A stretch of 64,000 bases of DNA from assembly GCA_964016885.1 (NCBI GenBank), contig OZ024743.1, forward strand, positions 3,472,001 through 3,536,000, read 5' to 3'. This stretch comes from Eledone cirrhosa (taxonomy: Eukaryota). Both the position numbers and the translations under genes were made by a program. Positions 1 to 10,794 of this stretch are shown here, one piece after another. Within the stretch, counting starts at the first letter, position 1. Every line of letters begins with the position of its first letter. Below the pieces are notes generated by a model. It made no database searches, was not told the DNA's origin, and saw only the letters and a program-made list of their open reading frames with translations.

Positions 1-246
1 TTAGACTTGTGAAGTCGTTTATGCACGTTGCAACTAGACTTGCTAACTACTGTTGACAATATATGACAGTACATAATAGTGCAAATGCTTCTTCTTACAT
101 TTGTTTGCTTGTCAATGTTTTGTGAATGTGTGTGTGCGTGTGTGGGGGATTGTGAAACTTTGCGATGTTTGTTCTGACTCTATGCACGAGTTCCAAACTG
201 TATCGTCATGTAACCATACACAGACACATACACTCGCTAGCCAGCT

Positions 247-520
247 CTACTGGCTTAGGGCTAGCAGGCTGGTTTTGAGATCAGCGTAAGTCATCTTCAT
301 GATATTCTTCTGGATGTTAATATCTCGGACAACCTTTAATGCTTGTATTCCGACCAAAGAAAAGAATTTCATGGCCATTTGACTTTGGCTACCATCTTGT
401 ATGTTATTCTCCACTTTGTTCACGTAAGCCTTTGTTTCAAAGGCCATGAGCCAGTTTGTAACGTCTTCGACTGTAGGTTTATGTCGCCAAGAAGCTTTCT
501 TTGCCCTATCGTCGACACCA
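247..520 (-). pseudogene. Possible Ty3/Gypsy gag N-terminal remnant
   Basis: Minus frame reads EDVTNWLMAFETKAYVNKVE...FFSLVGIQALKVVRDIN...MTYADLKTSLLA, resembling the gag N-terminus of metazoan Gypsy elements. No LTR or pol seen. Confidence 0.4.
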
Positions 521-869
521 TTGTCGTGTCTTGTTTATTTCCTTATGTGTGTAGGTAATTGAACAAGGAACAGTAATTTACAAATTTCTATTTCAACACA
601 ATAAACTGTTGAACTGAATCGAGCATATAATAATAACACTGAACGTAATTCCAAGCGACAGAAAGAATTGTGTACTCCTCAAACCGTCAAACTGTACTTC
701 GAACTTGGACAGAATTCTGTGCCCCCATTTAGCTAAAGTATAATGTATAGGCAAAAAAACACGAACAAACTTGAAACACGTGATTGTGATATGATTGGCT
801 GTCGTTAGATAATTAAACAATTACACAGCATTTGTTAGATAACACTCAATACGAGTTCAATACACTACG

Positions 870-1190
870 CTTTTATTGGACACAAAGTTCCAAAATATTG
901 GAGACAATACAAAGTAAAAAAACAATGATAACATCGAATGGGTTCCATATTGAGAAAAGAAAGGGTTATCAACAAAAAGAAAACAGTTGGTATAACAATA
1001 ACAATAATTGTAATAAATAATCATAATTGTAACACCGCCATGCCAGGATTTTTGAAAATTTTCCATTATAACCAGACCTGAAAGTCCTCCAGAAGTGTCG
1101 GGTCAGACAATTCTCCTCGACGCCCAGAGCCGCTTCCAAGGTACCCTCGCTCATGCCATACACTACCATCTATAGAAACCAACCATTGTT
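870..1190 (-). mobile_element. Old Tx1-clade LINE 3' end (3'UTR remnant)
   Basis: TTTATTGGACACAAAG...GGAGACAATACAAAG (about 872-914) aligns with the Tx1 3' ends at 28901 and 34965 (TTTATTGGCCACAAGGG...GGGGACAATACAAAG). 1119-1152 resembles 29111-29150. Confidence 0.55.
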
Positions 1191-1300
1191 TTCTGACTGT
1201 CTATAAAGTTGTCCAACTGACAGCATCTGATAGCACTCTAGATGCTTGGTGTTGAAATTTGGTCTGCACTTGACTCAGAACTGAAGCTCGGTCAATCCCC

Positions 1301-1705
1301 TACTGTAGTTTCCAAGCTGAAGAATAATGCTGACCAATCCAATAGATTGAGATGACCATCGTTTAAAGAATGTTATGTATATTCGTGACAAATTTAATTA
1401 TGTATAATATTTGCTGCTCCCTAAATGATGAGCTGATAGACGGTCTATATCGACTGTTATTTCTTGTGGCAATTTACATTCATCACTTTGTCCGTATATA
1501 CCAATATTTACCTTGTTTGTAGATCTACGCATGCGTGCAATATAATTATCATTTTTTGGCGCATCATGCTGGTTCGATGAGAATGGACTCATTTCTCTTA
1601 ACGGGCATTTATATTTTTTCTTAACACTTACAGAATCCTTGAGACGAAAAGCTGTTTAATCTATTGGAATGGTCAGCGCTATTCTTCAGCTTGGAATCTG
1701 CAGTA
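1301..1705. mobile_element. MITE-like element with about 48-bp imperfect terminal inverted repeats
   Basis: TACTGTAGTTTCCAAGCTGAAGAATAATGCTGACCAATCCAATAGATT (1301-1348) is nearly the reverse complement of AATCTATTGGAATGGTCAGCGCTATTCTTCAGCTTGGAATCTGCAGTA (1658-1705). Confidence 0.6.
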
Positions 1706-1941
1706 ATGGAACTTGGTGAAACCCTCTAGCTTTAGGCTACTTAACTGAGACTATATCCACATGGAAAGATGCTTGTGAAAAGATGCTTGTGAAGAGTTCT
1801 TTTTAGATTACTTTATTGTGATCTACCCCTCAGTGATTTCGTATAAGATCTTCTATATGTATTTGCTTCACTGAATGAGATTTTTTTTATCGATCTCTTT
1901 TCTTTGAGAAATTATGTATATTCGTGACAAATTTACTTATG

Positions 1942-1989
<48 letters not shown>

Positions 1990-1991
<2 letters not shown>

Positions 1992-2173
1992 CGAAAGAAA
2001 TGTGGTAAGGAACCAGGTGGACCATAACGCACCAAAGTACTCAATACTTAGGGTAGTAGAGTGGGTAATAGGAACCAGTAAGACCCCGACGGCTGAGCTC
2101 AAGCCGTTTCGACGGCTAATTCTGAATTAGCCGTCGAAACGGCTTGAGCTCAGCCGTCGGGGTCTTACTGGTT

Positions 2174-2178
<5 letters not shown>
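1990..2178 (-). mobile_element. Penelope-like pseudo-LTR fragment (family A) with fold-back palindrome
   Basis: Perfect 55-bp-arm palindrome 2068-2178 centred at 2123. Contains an HHR 3' half (stem II-GAAAC-stem III-GTC). Same family at about 21010-21090, 41953-42132 and 49095-49282. Flanked by (TA)n. Confidence 0.75.
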
Positions 2179-2206
<28 letters not shown>

Positions 2207-2211
<5 letters not shown>

Positions 2212-2589
2212 AAAATGGAACGGGAACAAAGCAGAGAGGCAGTACGAACAAAGGTTTATTAGTTTCACGCTCTTGAGAGTGAGGGGGGGGGGACGTTTCG
2301 GACATAAGCCCTTCTTCAGGCGAAAAGTGTGTGGGAAGAGAGTTCCGAGGGTGTGTTGGGGAGTGAGGGAGAGACATTTAGAAAAAAGGGGGAAAGGAAA
2401 AGGAGGAAAAAACGGTGGAAGGGGTACAAATAAAAATAAATATAAAAAAAATAAAAATAAAAATAAACATGAAGATAAACAAGTGGTGGGAGGGTGTGGG
2501 GCGTGTAGGGGTGGTGGCGGGTGAAGTGGGGAGAGGGAGGTGGGGTGTCCGAGCGGGGAGGGCTGAAGGTGGTGTATGTGTGTAGGTGT

Positions 2590-2624
<35 letters not shown>

Positions 2625-3690
2625 TGAGAGTTGGGGGAAGAACGAGGTTCCATATTCAGGAAAAGGTGTGTGTGTGGGGCGGGGTGTAGGTCGGTGTGTG
2701 TGTGCGCGTGTGGATGGGGAGGGGTGGGGGAGTATGGGAGAGGATTCCGGAGGCTGAGTGTGTATATATGTGGGGGTACGCACGTGTGTGTGGTGTTTAT
2801 ACGTATTGTGGATGTAGGTGGCGTGGTGGGAAAAAAATATTTGTGAGTGTATGTCCGTGGCTAAGTTCCTAAGGTAGTTCCGTAGAGGGTGTGGTGAGTT
2901 GCCGGGTATTTTCCTTGTGATGGAGTTGATTCGTGGGAGCGATGGCCAATGTGTGTAATCCGTGGTTGTGTTGGTCGGAAGAGGGGAGTGTGGGTCTGTA
3001 AGGTGAAGATGGTGCGTTGTTCGACCCTGAGGCGGGTGGCGGGTGTTCCGTGGCATTGGAGTAGGCCACAGACTGTGGGGTGGTGCGCGGAATGTCCAAG
3101 GGAGCCAAAGTGGCGGGCGATGGGGGAACTCCCGCCGAGACGAATATCCCGGAGGTGTTCGGTGAAACGGTCCGCCAGGCGACGTCCAGTCTGTCCGACG
3201 TAGGTTGCGCTACATTCTGTGCAGTGAAGTCCATAGACTAAGTTGGAGGAGGTGCAACGGAAGGCGTGCCGGACATAAAGAGAATGGCCATTGGGACCCT
3301 GGAAGGTGGTGGTGTTGGTGATGTGGGGACAGGTGTTGCAACGTGGCCTGGAACAGGGAAGGGAACCGGGGGAGGGGTAGGGGGCTGCGGACGAGGAGGG
3401 TGCGGATATTGCGTGTGCGTTTGAAGGAGGGGAGTGGTGGGGATGGGAAGATGTGGGAGGTGGAGGGGTCGGACTGGAGGCGTCGGAAGAGGTGGAGGAT
3501 GGTGCGGTAGAGGTTTAGGGTGGAGGGGTGGTAGGTGATGGGGAAGGGGATACGGTGGGAGGGGGTGCTGTTGCGTGGGGTGAGGGTGGTGGAGCGGTGG
3601 ACAGCCCGGCGCAAATGATGGCGGTGTGGACGAGGGGGGGGGGAAGCTCTGCGGATGAAATGGCTGACTAGGGAAAGGGCCTGGGACCGT
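2207..3690 (-). mobile_element. Penelope-like element (Neptune-type), 5'-truncated and frameshifted: linker, GIY-YIG endonuclease, pLTR
   Basis: RIPFPITYHPS...LQSDPSTSHIFPSPPLPSFKRTRNIRTLLVRS, then (frameshift) CSRPRCNTC...CTSSNLVYGLHCTECSATYVGQTGRRLADRFTEH, a GIY-YIG motif. HHR motif at 2292-2326. Confidence 0.9.
2292..2326 (-). ncRNA. Minimal hammerhead ribozyme motif in PLE pLTR
   Basis: Minus strand: CTGAAGA-AGGGCTTATGTCC-GAAAC-GTC. Stem I partner is unclear. Confidence 0.7.
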
Positions 3691-3744
3691 TATATATATA
3701 TATATGTGTGTGTGTATACACACACACACACACACACACACATG

Positions 3745-4200
3745 CAAAAGGCCATATGGCATGACCATCTTCCCGTTCCGCGGTGGCAAACCCCTCGTCT
3801 GGGATGCTACTTGCACTGACACTTTCTGCAGCCGCAACCTGGTGCAGTCTGCGACTAACCCAGGTTCTACTGCACGTCGGGCTGAGGAGGCCAAGCTCCT
3901 CAAATACCGGTCGCTCTCCGACAGGTTTGCGGTTGTACCCCTGGCAGTGGAGTCTTCAAGTGTCTTCGGCCCCAGGGCTACCTCCCTACTCACCACCATA
4001 GGCGCTGAGCTGGCCAGCCGCAGATGTGAGCCCAGCGTATTGGAGTGGCTTTTCCAGCGCGTCTCCCTTGCCGTCCTCCATGAGAACGCCTTCTCCATCC
4101 TGTCCGCCGGGGCTGTGTGGGAGGGGGGGGGGGCATCGCGTAACATTCCATATTTAGGTATCCAGATTAATGGTTTTTATATACACACCACTTGTATTTA
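3745..4200 (+). mobile_element. CRE-type non-LTR retrotransposon 3' end (restriction-like endonuclease domain)
   Basis: KRPYGMTIFPFRGGKPLVWDATCTDT...EEAKLLKY...PLAVESSSVFG...LFQRVSLAVLHENA matches the RLE (RPD..D) C-terminus of CRE-like elements. Confidence 0.8.
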
Positions 4201-4209
4201 TAAAGCCAC

Positions 4210-7200
4210 TCCCTGCTGCAGTAATGCTGCTCCACTCTTCTCACAAAGACACGATTACAACAACAACAAAAGTAATGCTGCTCTAGTCTTTTCACAAAGA
4301 CACAATTACAACAAATACAACAACAACAAAAGAGGGAACTGCTACCCTATCCAATGGTGTAACCACAAATCCAATCAAAAACTGCTCTCTGAACAAGAAA
4401 TGTTTTCTTTTTTAGCTATGAACCTGGCAAAAGAAATAGAGAAAAACATTTTAGCCATCACCCAACACAATCCTTGCTGTCACTAACACACAATCTCAAA
4501 CAAGCCCCATGCAACAGTCAAAATCAGCCACAACACTAGCCTCCACATTCTTACTCAATACACAAGGTATCAGCCCAACCATCAATGCACAAAAATGGAA
4601 GATCCAATTCATTGAGGATTGTGTTAGTAACCATCCATTTCACACCCCCTTCTTCATTCTTACTGAGACCCACCTTGACAACTCCCACTTGGAGGCCGAA
4701 GTAAGAGTGAGGAATTTCACAACCATCCGTGCGGATCGTGTTGGCAGAAGGAAGGGTGGAACTGCCATTTTCCTGCATGATTCCTTTACGGCAGATGGTA
4801 ACACAACATTCTCCAATGGCTACTGTGAATCAGTCACTGTGCACAATAAAGCCAATGACCTGACATTAGTTGGGCTCTATAGGCCAACACAAACACTCAT
4901 AATCTGCTTCAAAGAATGCCTCAACAGTATTAAATGCTTTATTAAACAGTGCCATTCTAGTAACATACTTTTGATGGGAGACTTTAATCTACTCTGTGTC
5001 GATTGTTCTACATATAGTTTGAAACCAGGCACCCCAACCTCAACCACTGACAAAGAAGCAGTCGAGTCACTTCTTGACTTCATGAATGAGTTTTTCTTGT
5101 CCCAACATTCTGGATCTAATGTTTAGTAACCACACTAACACTATCCATAATATTACAGTGGAAAAAACCCTTCTCTCAGACTATGACATGGTTCTTTGTA
5201 ACCTGAGAATCCACCAGCCGAAAGCTAATCCCAGGGTCCTCTTTCCAGCCCACCCATTTGATAACAAGGATCTCTACAATGCCAACTGGGATGCAATCAT
5301 GAACGAACTATCACATGTTTTACACACGCACACATTTCCACCAACATCAAAATATCTTGGCAGATCTTTGTAGACACTGTCACAAATATATGGACTAAAC
5401 ACACCCCACCAAAACCTGTGAACAAAACCAAGTACAGTATCCTCCAAAACAGAAAAACAATTATCAGAAAAATAAAAAGAACAAACAAAACAATTAACAC
5501 ACTAAAATACTGCCAACAACAACACACACATTCGATGGCTATCGCCCTGCTTGAGTAAAAAAAAATATAACCTCCAGCAATGCATGATGACCATCATCAA
5601 TAACAAGAGAGTAGCTGAAGAGAGGTGGGCCATTGAGAAAATCAAACTCAACTCCAAAGTGTTCTTTTCATTTGCTAAAAACACAAGGTCACCGTCTCCA
5701 CTGTTGGCCCCCTAGTTGATGAAAATGGCACACTCCAAGACAATGCCAAAACCATGGACGAGTTACTGCAGAAACAATACTGTTCTGTTTTCAGCAACCT
5801 GATATGGCCGATCTGGGCTGTATCAGTGATGTTAACCCCCAACACACTATATAAGACATAATGTTTGGCGTCCCTGATGTCTTAGCGGCAATAAACAAAA
5901 TTAAACACAAATCAGCAGTAGGCCCCAACAGGTTTCCTGCTTATGTCCTGAAGATGTGTCGACACCAACTTGCATCTGCTCTTGCTAATCTGTGGAGGAA
6001 CTCACTGGATACTGGCTATATTCCTGAAAACTTTCTGTCCCAGTCCGTTGTCCCAGTCTTCAAAAAGGGAGATAAGTCCCTTGCAGTGAACTATCGTCCG
6101 ATCTCACTCACCTCTCATATTATCAAGGTATTTGAGAGGGTGGTGAGATCACGAATAACCCACTTTCTTGAAAGCAACGGCCTGCTGAACTCCAACCAAC
6201 ATGGGTTTCGTAATGGAAGGGACTGCCTAACGCAGCTCCTGCATCACTTTGACGATGTTTTGAGAGCCTTGGGAGAGGGCTCCAGCACTGATGTCATCTA
6301 CCTTGATTTCAGCAAGGCCTTTGACAGGGTTGATCATAAGATTCTACTGAAAAAACTATCCAATGTTGGTGTCTCTGGAAGGTTACTACAGTGGATCAAA
6401 TGTTTCCTGACAGACAGAACCTAGCATGTTGTAGTCGAAGGACTAAAATCAAGTCCTGCAAAAGTCAGCAGTGGCGTCCCACAAGGCACTGTGTTGGGCC
6501 CACTTCTTTTCATCATCTACATTAATGATATTACTGACATCATCAAGCACAGCAATATAAGAATCTTCGCAGATGATTCCAAGCTCCAAAGGGTCATCAA
6601 TGAGATGGGTGATCGGACTTGCCTTCAGTCAGACCTACTGGCTGTTATCCAATGTGCAGAAAAGAATAATATGCTGTTGAATGAGGATAAGTTTGAATTA
6701 ATCCACTTTGGAAAAAAGGATGCCCTGAAACTACCATACTATCTTCCTTTGGGTGAAACTCTAGTGGCATCCAACAACATCAGAGACTTGGGAGTAATTG
6801 TGGACAACAACATAAGCTGGGCCACTCATATAAACAGCAAAGTTGATATGGCCCGCAGAATGTGTTCTTGGATTCTCAGAACTTTCCAGTCGAGAGATAT
6901 TCACACTGTTATCCTTCTCTTCCCCACTTTTGCCCGACCCCACCTTGAATACTGTAGTCTCCTCGCACGAAACAAAGTATCATGAAAGTTGAAGCACCCC
7001 AAAGGTCAATTACAAAAAAGATAGCTGGCATGACAGACCTTGACTATTGGAGTCGATTAGAAAAGCTCAACCTTTATTCTCTCCAACGCCGCCATTAGCG
7101 CTACATTATCTGTATGATGTGGAAAATATTCCATCAGCTTTGCCCAAATGAAGTTGGCATCACCTTTAATGTACACCCAAGGCTTGGGCCCCGTGCTATC

Positions 7201-7340
7201 GGCACACGACAAAAATCTCACTCGCATCTCATAACAACAATACGGCACACTTATTTCACTTCACCCGGATATGCCTCCGTAAACAATAACTCTCGGCTCG
7301 AGTGGGCCATGATTCCCAAACACTGACTTCGCCAGGTGGT
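4210..7340 (+). mobile_element. CR1-type LINE with degraded ORF2 (APE endonuclease + reverse transcriptase)
   Basis: ORF pieces 4509-5126 (LTETHL, RADR..RKGGTAIF, GLYRP, GDFN), 5861-6424 (NYRPISLTS, QHGFR, YLDFSKAFDRVDH), 6491-6985 (LGPLLF, FADD, RDLGV) and 7114-7326. Stops and frameshifts lie between them. Confidence 0.9.
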
Positions 7341-7828
7341 TTCGGCCAGTATTGGCCCAGGCCATATCTATCTTAATAGCACCACCTGGCGAAGTCTTAC
7401 AAATCAGTGTTTGGGCATCATGGCCCACTCGAGCCGAGAGTTATTGTTTACGGAGGCATATCCGGGTGTAGGAGGCTTATCCGGGATTTCTTGAAGGAAT
7501 TTATCCAAACACTTCTTGAACTTGATGGGGTTTGTTTCTGCTTTGATGTGTTTTGGTGTAATGTTAAAGAGAGCAGGGCCAATTGAAGTGAAATAATTGT
7601 GCCGTATTGTTGTTATGAGATGCGAGTGAGATTTTTGTCGTGTGCCGATAGCACGGGGCCCAAGCCTTGGGTGTACATTAAAGGTGATGCCAACTTCATT
7701 TGGGCAAAGCTGATGGAATATTTTCCACATCATGCAGATAATGTAGCGCTAATGGCGACGTTGGAGAGAATAAAGGTTGAGCTTTTCTAATCGACTCCAA
7801 TAGTCAAGGTCTGTCATTCCATCTATCT
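7338..7828 (-). mobile_element. Inverted copy of the CR1 3' end (tail-to-tail)
   Basis: 7404-7733 minus encodes the same C-terminus as 7114-7326 plus about 39 aa deleted in the + copy, and carries the 3'UTR. Confidence 0.9.
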
Positions 7829-7862
7829 TTTTATAAGAATGAAGAATAACACTGATAAGCTA

Positions 7863-8640
7863 TACAGTAGGGTATATTCCAAGCATTAACATATGTATTT
7901 TGATAATTTGACTGGCACAAGCATTATTGTATGGAATCTATAACCTATGAAAGGCAGAGTATACACACGATAATTAAAAATATAAAATAAAGCGTAAATA
8001 AATACATCTATAACTATATAACACCAGTATACATTAATGTGAATATAAGTTGTAACGATGAAAGAATGGTATTGGTACGCGATGGGGCCCACCCACAGCC
8101 CCGGCGGACAGAATGGAGAAGGCGTTTCCCCGGAGGACGGCAAGGGAGACGCGCTGGAAAAGCCACTCCAACTCGCGGGACTCACACCTGCTGCTGGCCA
8201 GCTCAGCGCCTATGGTGGTGAGTAAGGAGGTAGCCCTGGGGCCGAGGACTCCAGAAGTTTCCACTGCCAAGGGAACGACCGCAAATCTGTCGGAGAGTGA
8301 CCGGTATTTGAGGAGTTTGGCCCCCTCAGCCCGACGTGCAGCAGAACCTGGGTCAGTCGCAGACTGCACCAGGTTGTGGCTGCAGAGAGTATCGGTGCAA
8401 GTGGCATCCCAGACGAGGGGTTTGCCACCGCGGAACGGGAAGATGGTCATGCCATCTGGCCTTTTGCCGTCCCCTCGATCCAGCCCCACCGGCTCGAGCT
8501 GGGAAGGGAAGCCTGCAGCGTCCAAGCCATTATTTAAAATCCAGTGTCACAACATTATTGTAGATAGCGATTTTAAGACGCATCCAATCACATACTAGTC
8601 AATGAAACATATGTTAATGCTTGGAATAAACCCTACTACA
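7863..8640. mobile_element. MITE with about 30-bp TIRs carrying a nested CRE fragment
   Basis: GTAGGGTATATTCCAAGCATTAACATATGT (7867-) versus ACATATGTTAATGCTTGGAATAAACCCTAC (-8635). Confidence 0.6.
8030..8530 (-). mobile_element. CRE-type non-LTR retrotransposon 3' end (RLE domain)
   Basis: ORF 8034-8525: LEPVGLDRGDGKRPDGMTIFPFRGGKPLVWDATCTDT...PLAVETSG...FQRVSLAVLRGNA. Confidence 0.85.
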
Positions 8641-8679
8641 TTACACACACACACACACACACACATTTATATATTAATA

Positions 8680-8775
8680 ATAATTGTTTCTGCTTTGGGC
8701 ACAAGGCCAGCAATTACCCAGTACATTACTGGTACTTTATTTTATCGACCCGGTAAGGATGAAAGGCAAAGTTAA
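8680..8775 (-). mobile_element. tRNA-derived SINE, 3' part
   Basis: Reverse complement of the SINE core and tail (CTTTCATCCTTAC..GTCGATAAAATAAAGTACCAG...GGCCTTGTGCCC). Confidence 0.85.
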
Positions 8776-8822
8776 TAATAAAAAGGACGATTTGTTATGT
8801 CTTCATTACGTCTATTAAGTAG

Positions 8823-8905
8823 TGACGCACGTTTCGCTATTAATCCGCTGAAGGTTCGATCTGTATCGATCTAGCCAGACTCTGGAATCAAAAGCTCGTC
8901 GGACC
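8823..8905 (-). ncRNA. Degenerate hammerhead motif with extended stem II (PLE pLTR family)
   Basis: Minus strand: CCGACGA-GCT...TAGC-GAAAC-GTGC-GTC. Same family as 42810-42990. Confidence 0.45.
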
Positions 8906-8931
8906 TCTGTTGTGGTAATGACAGAATCGTC

Positions 8932-9380
8932 CTTGTGGTGGTTTGGCAGTATCGGTAGAGGGTCGGAAGCATAGAGTTACGCCCCTTTACGAAGCATAGA
9001 GTTTGAAGCATAGAGTTACGCCCCTTTACGATCTGAGTTCACATCCCGCCGAGGTTAGCTTTGCCTTTCATCCTTACGGGATCGATAAAATAAAGTACCA
9101 GTCACGCACTGGGGTCGATTTAATCGACTTTCCTCTCCCCCCAAAATGCTGGCCTTGTGCCTATATAAGAAACCATTGGATTGGCAGTACCGGTAGAGGG
9201 TCGGACGCCATGCTTTGACGCATAGAGTTACGGCCCTTGCCATTCTGAGTTCAAATCCCGCCGAGGTTAACTTTCCCTTTTATCCTTACGGAGTCGATAA
9301 AATAAAGTACCAGTAATGCACTGGGTAATTGCTGGCCTTGTGCCAAAAGTAGAAACAATTATTATTATTATTATTATTGT
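8932..9380 (+). mobile_element. Two tandem tRNA-derived SINE copies with (ATT)n tail
   Basis: Box A-like TGGCAGTATCGG, box B GTTCAAATCC, core GCCTTTCATCCTTACGGG.TCGATAAAATAAAGTACC, tail GGCCTTGTGCCAAAAGTAGAAACAATTATT. Junction near 9176. Confidence 0.9.
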
Positions 9381-9491
9381 TATTACACTCTGTTTAGTAC
9401 TACACCCCTATACTTTCTGGAAACTACGCATCGAGTCTCACTCTGGTGAACCTACAGTAACTGGACGTTACAATCTCTCTCTCTCTCCCTA

Positions 9492-9656
<165 letters not shown>

Positions 9657-10223
9657 GGAGACGTTAGACAGTTAGAAGAGATGCCGTGAGACATAGCAAG
9701 CAAGATATAAAGTAGATTAAAGGAGAAAAGAAAATAGATAACGAATTAATAAAAACATTTAAAAAAAAAAAGGAATTTTTTAAAAGGAGAAGCGAAAGCA
9801 GGAACTGAACAGATCTACTTGAAACAATAATTAAAAATATCGACGGCAGGTGTCACATCTAAACTAGGCAATTTCAGATGCGCTGCTCTTGAACATCCAG
9901 CCTGAACATATCGGTGTGTCCTATATTTTTGTTTATTAATCATGAAAAACTAATATATTTTCTTCTGTTTTCGATGATCAGCAAACGTTTTATCTCTTCT
10001 TAATGCGGCTACTTAACTGACCAACCATTTTCGCAAGTGGTGAAACACTGCTCAAAATAATGGTTTCCTGTTTGCAGGGTTAGTCAGATAAGAGACAAGT
10101 ATTTTTCGAGGATCGGATTAAAAAGTATTTTGCTTTTGCTCTATTTATATTATTATTGTTATAATTTGTAGAAGTTTATACGAATTTTTTTTTGTTAGAG
10201 TTGGCGCGGTATTATTGATTTTG

Positions 10224-10320
10224 GTTAACTTTGCCTTTCATCCTTACGGGGTCGATAAAATAAAGTACCTGTAATGCACTGAGGTAATTGCTGGCCTTGT
10301 GCCAAAAGTAGAAAAAATTA
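10224..10320 (+). mobile_element. 5'-truncated SINE with TSD ATTATTGATTTTGG
   Basis: SINE core and tail flanked by the direct repeat ATTATTGATTTTGG at 10211 and 10317. Confidence 0.85.
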
Positions 10321-10393
10321 TTGATTTTGGAAATGTGCTGTTTTTTTCTTAAACTTTAATATATAAATTTCATTACAGTAAACGGTGCTACAA

Positions 10394-10394
<1 letters not shown>

Positions 10395-10424
<30 letters not shown>

Positions 10425-10600
10425 TGTATGTATGTATGTATGTATGTATGTATGTATGTATGTATGTATGTATGTATGTATGTATGTATGTGTATATATG
10501 TATGTATTTATGTGTGTGTGTATATGTATGTGTGTATGTATGTCTGTATGTATGTTTGTGTGTGTGCGTATGTATGTATATATGTGTGTATGTATGTATG
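10395..10600. repeat. (TATG)n microsatellite
   Basis: Direct reading. Confidence 0.95.
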
Positions 10601-10794
10601 CGCGCGCGCGTTTAATAAACGTATAGTCAACATCGCACTATAAATTACACTCCGTGGTTAAACAATGTGGTTTTCTCTACAAATTGCATCTGAACAAAAA
10701 CGTCGATTAGTTTCGCCAGGTTATTGCCAGATAAACGCCGGTTCACCTAGAGTATCTCCAGTATTCGATTTACAGAAAGTTAGAGATTACAGAA

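Noticed and set aside
2316-3056. 246-aa His/Pro/Thr-rich ORF
   Set aside because: Read-through of the PLE 3'UTR and (CA)n; compositional artefact.
9176-9265. tRNA genes at SINE heads
   Set aside because: Boxes A and B are present but are followed by the SINE core and tail in many copies.
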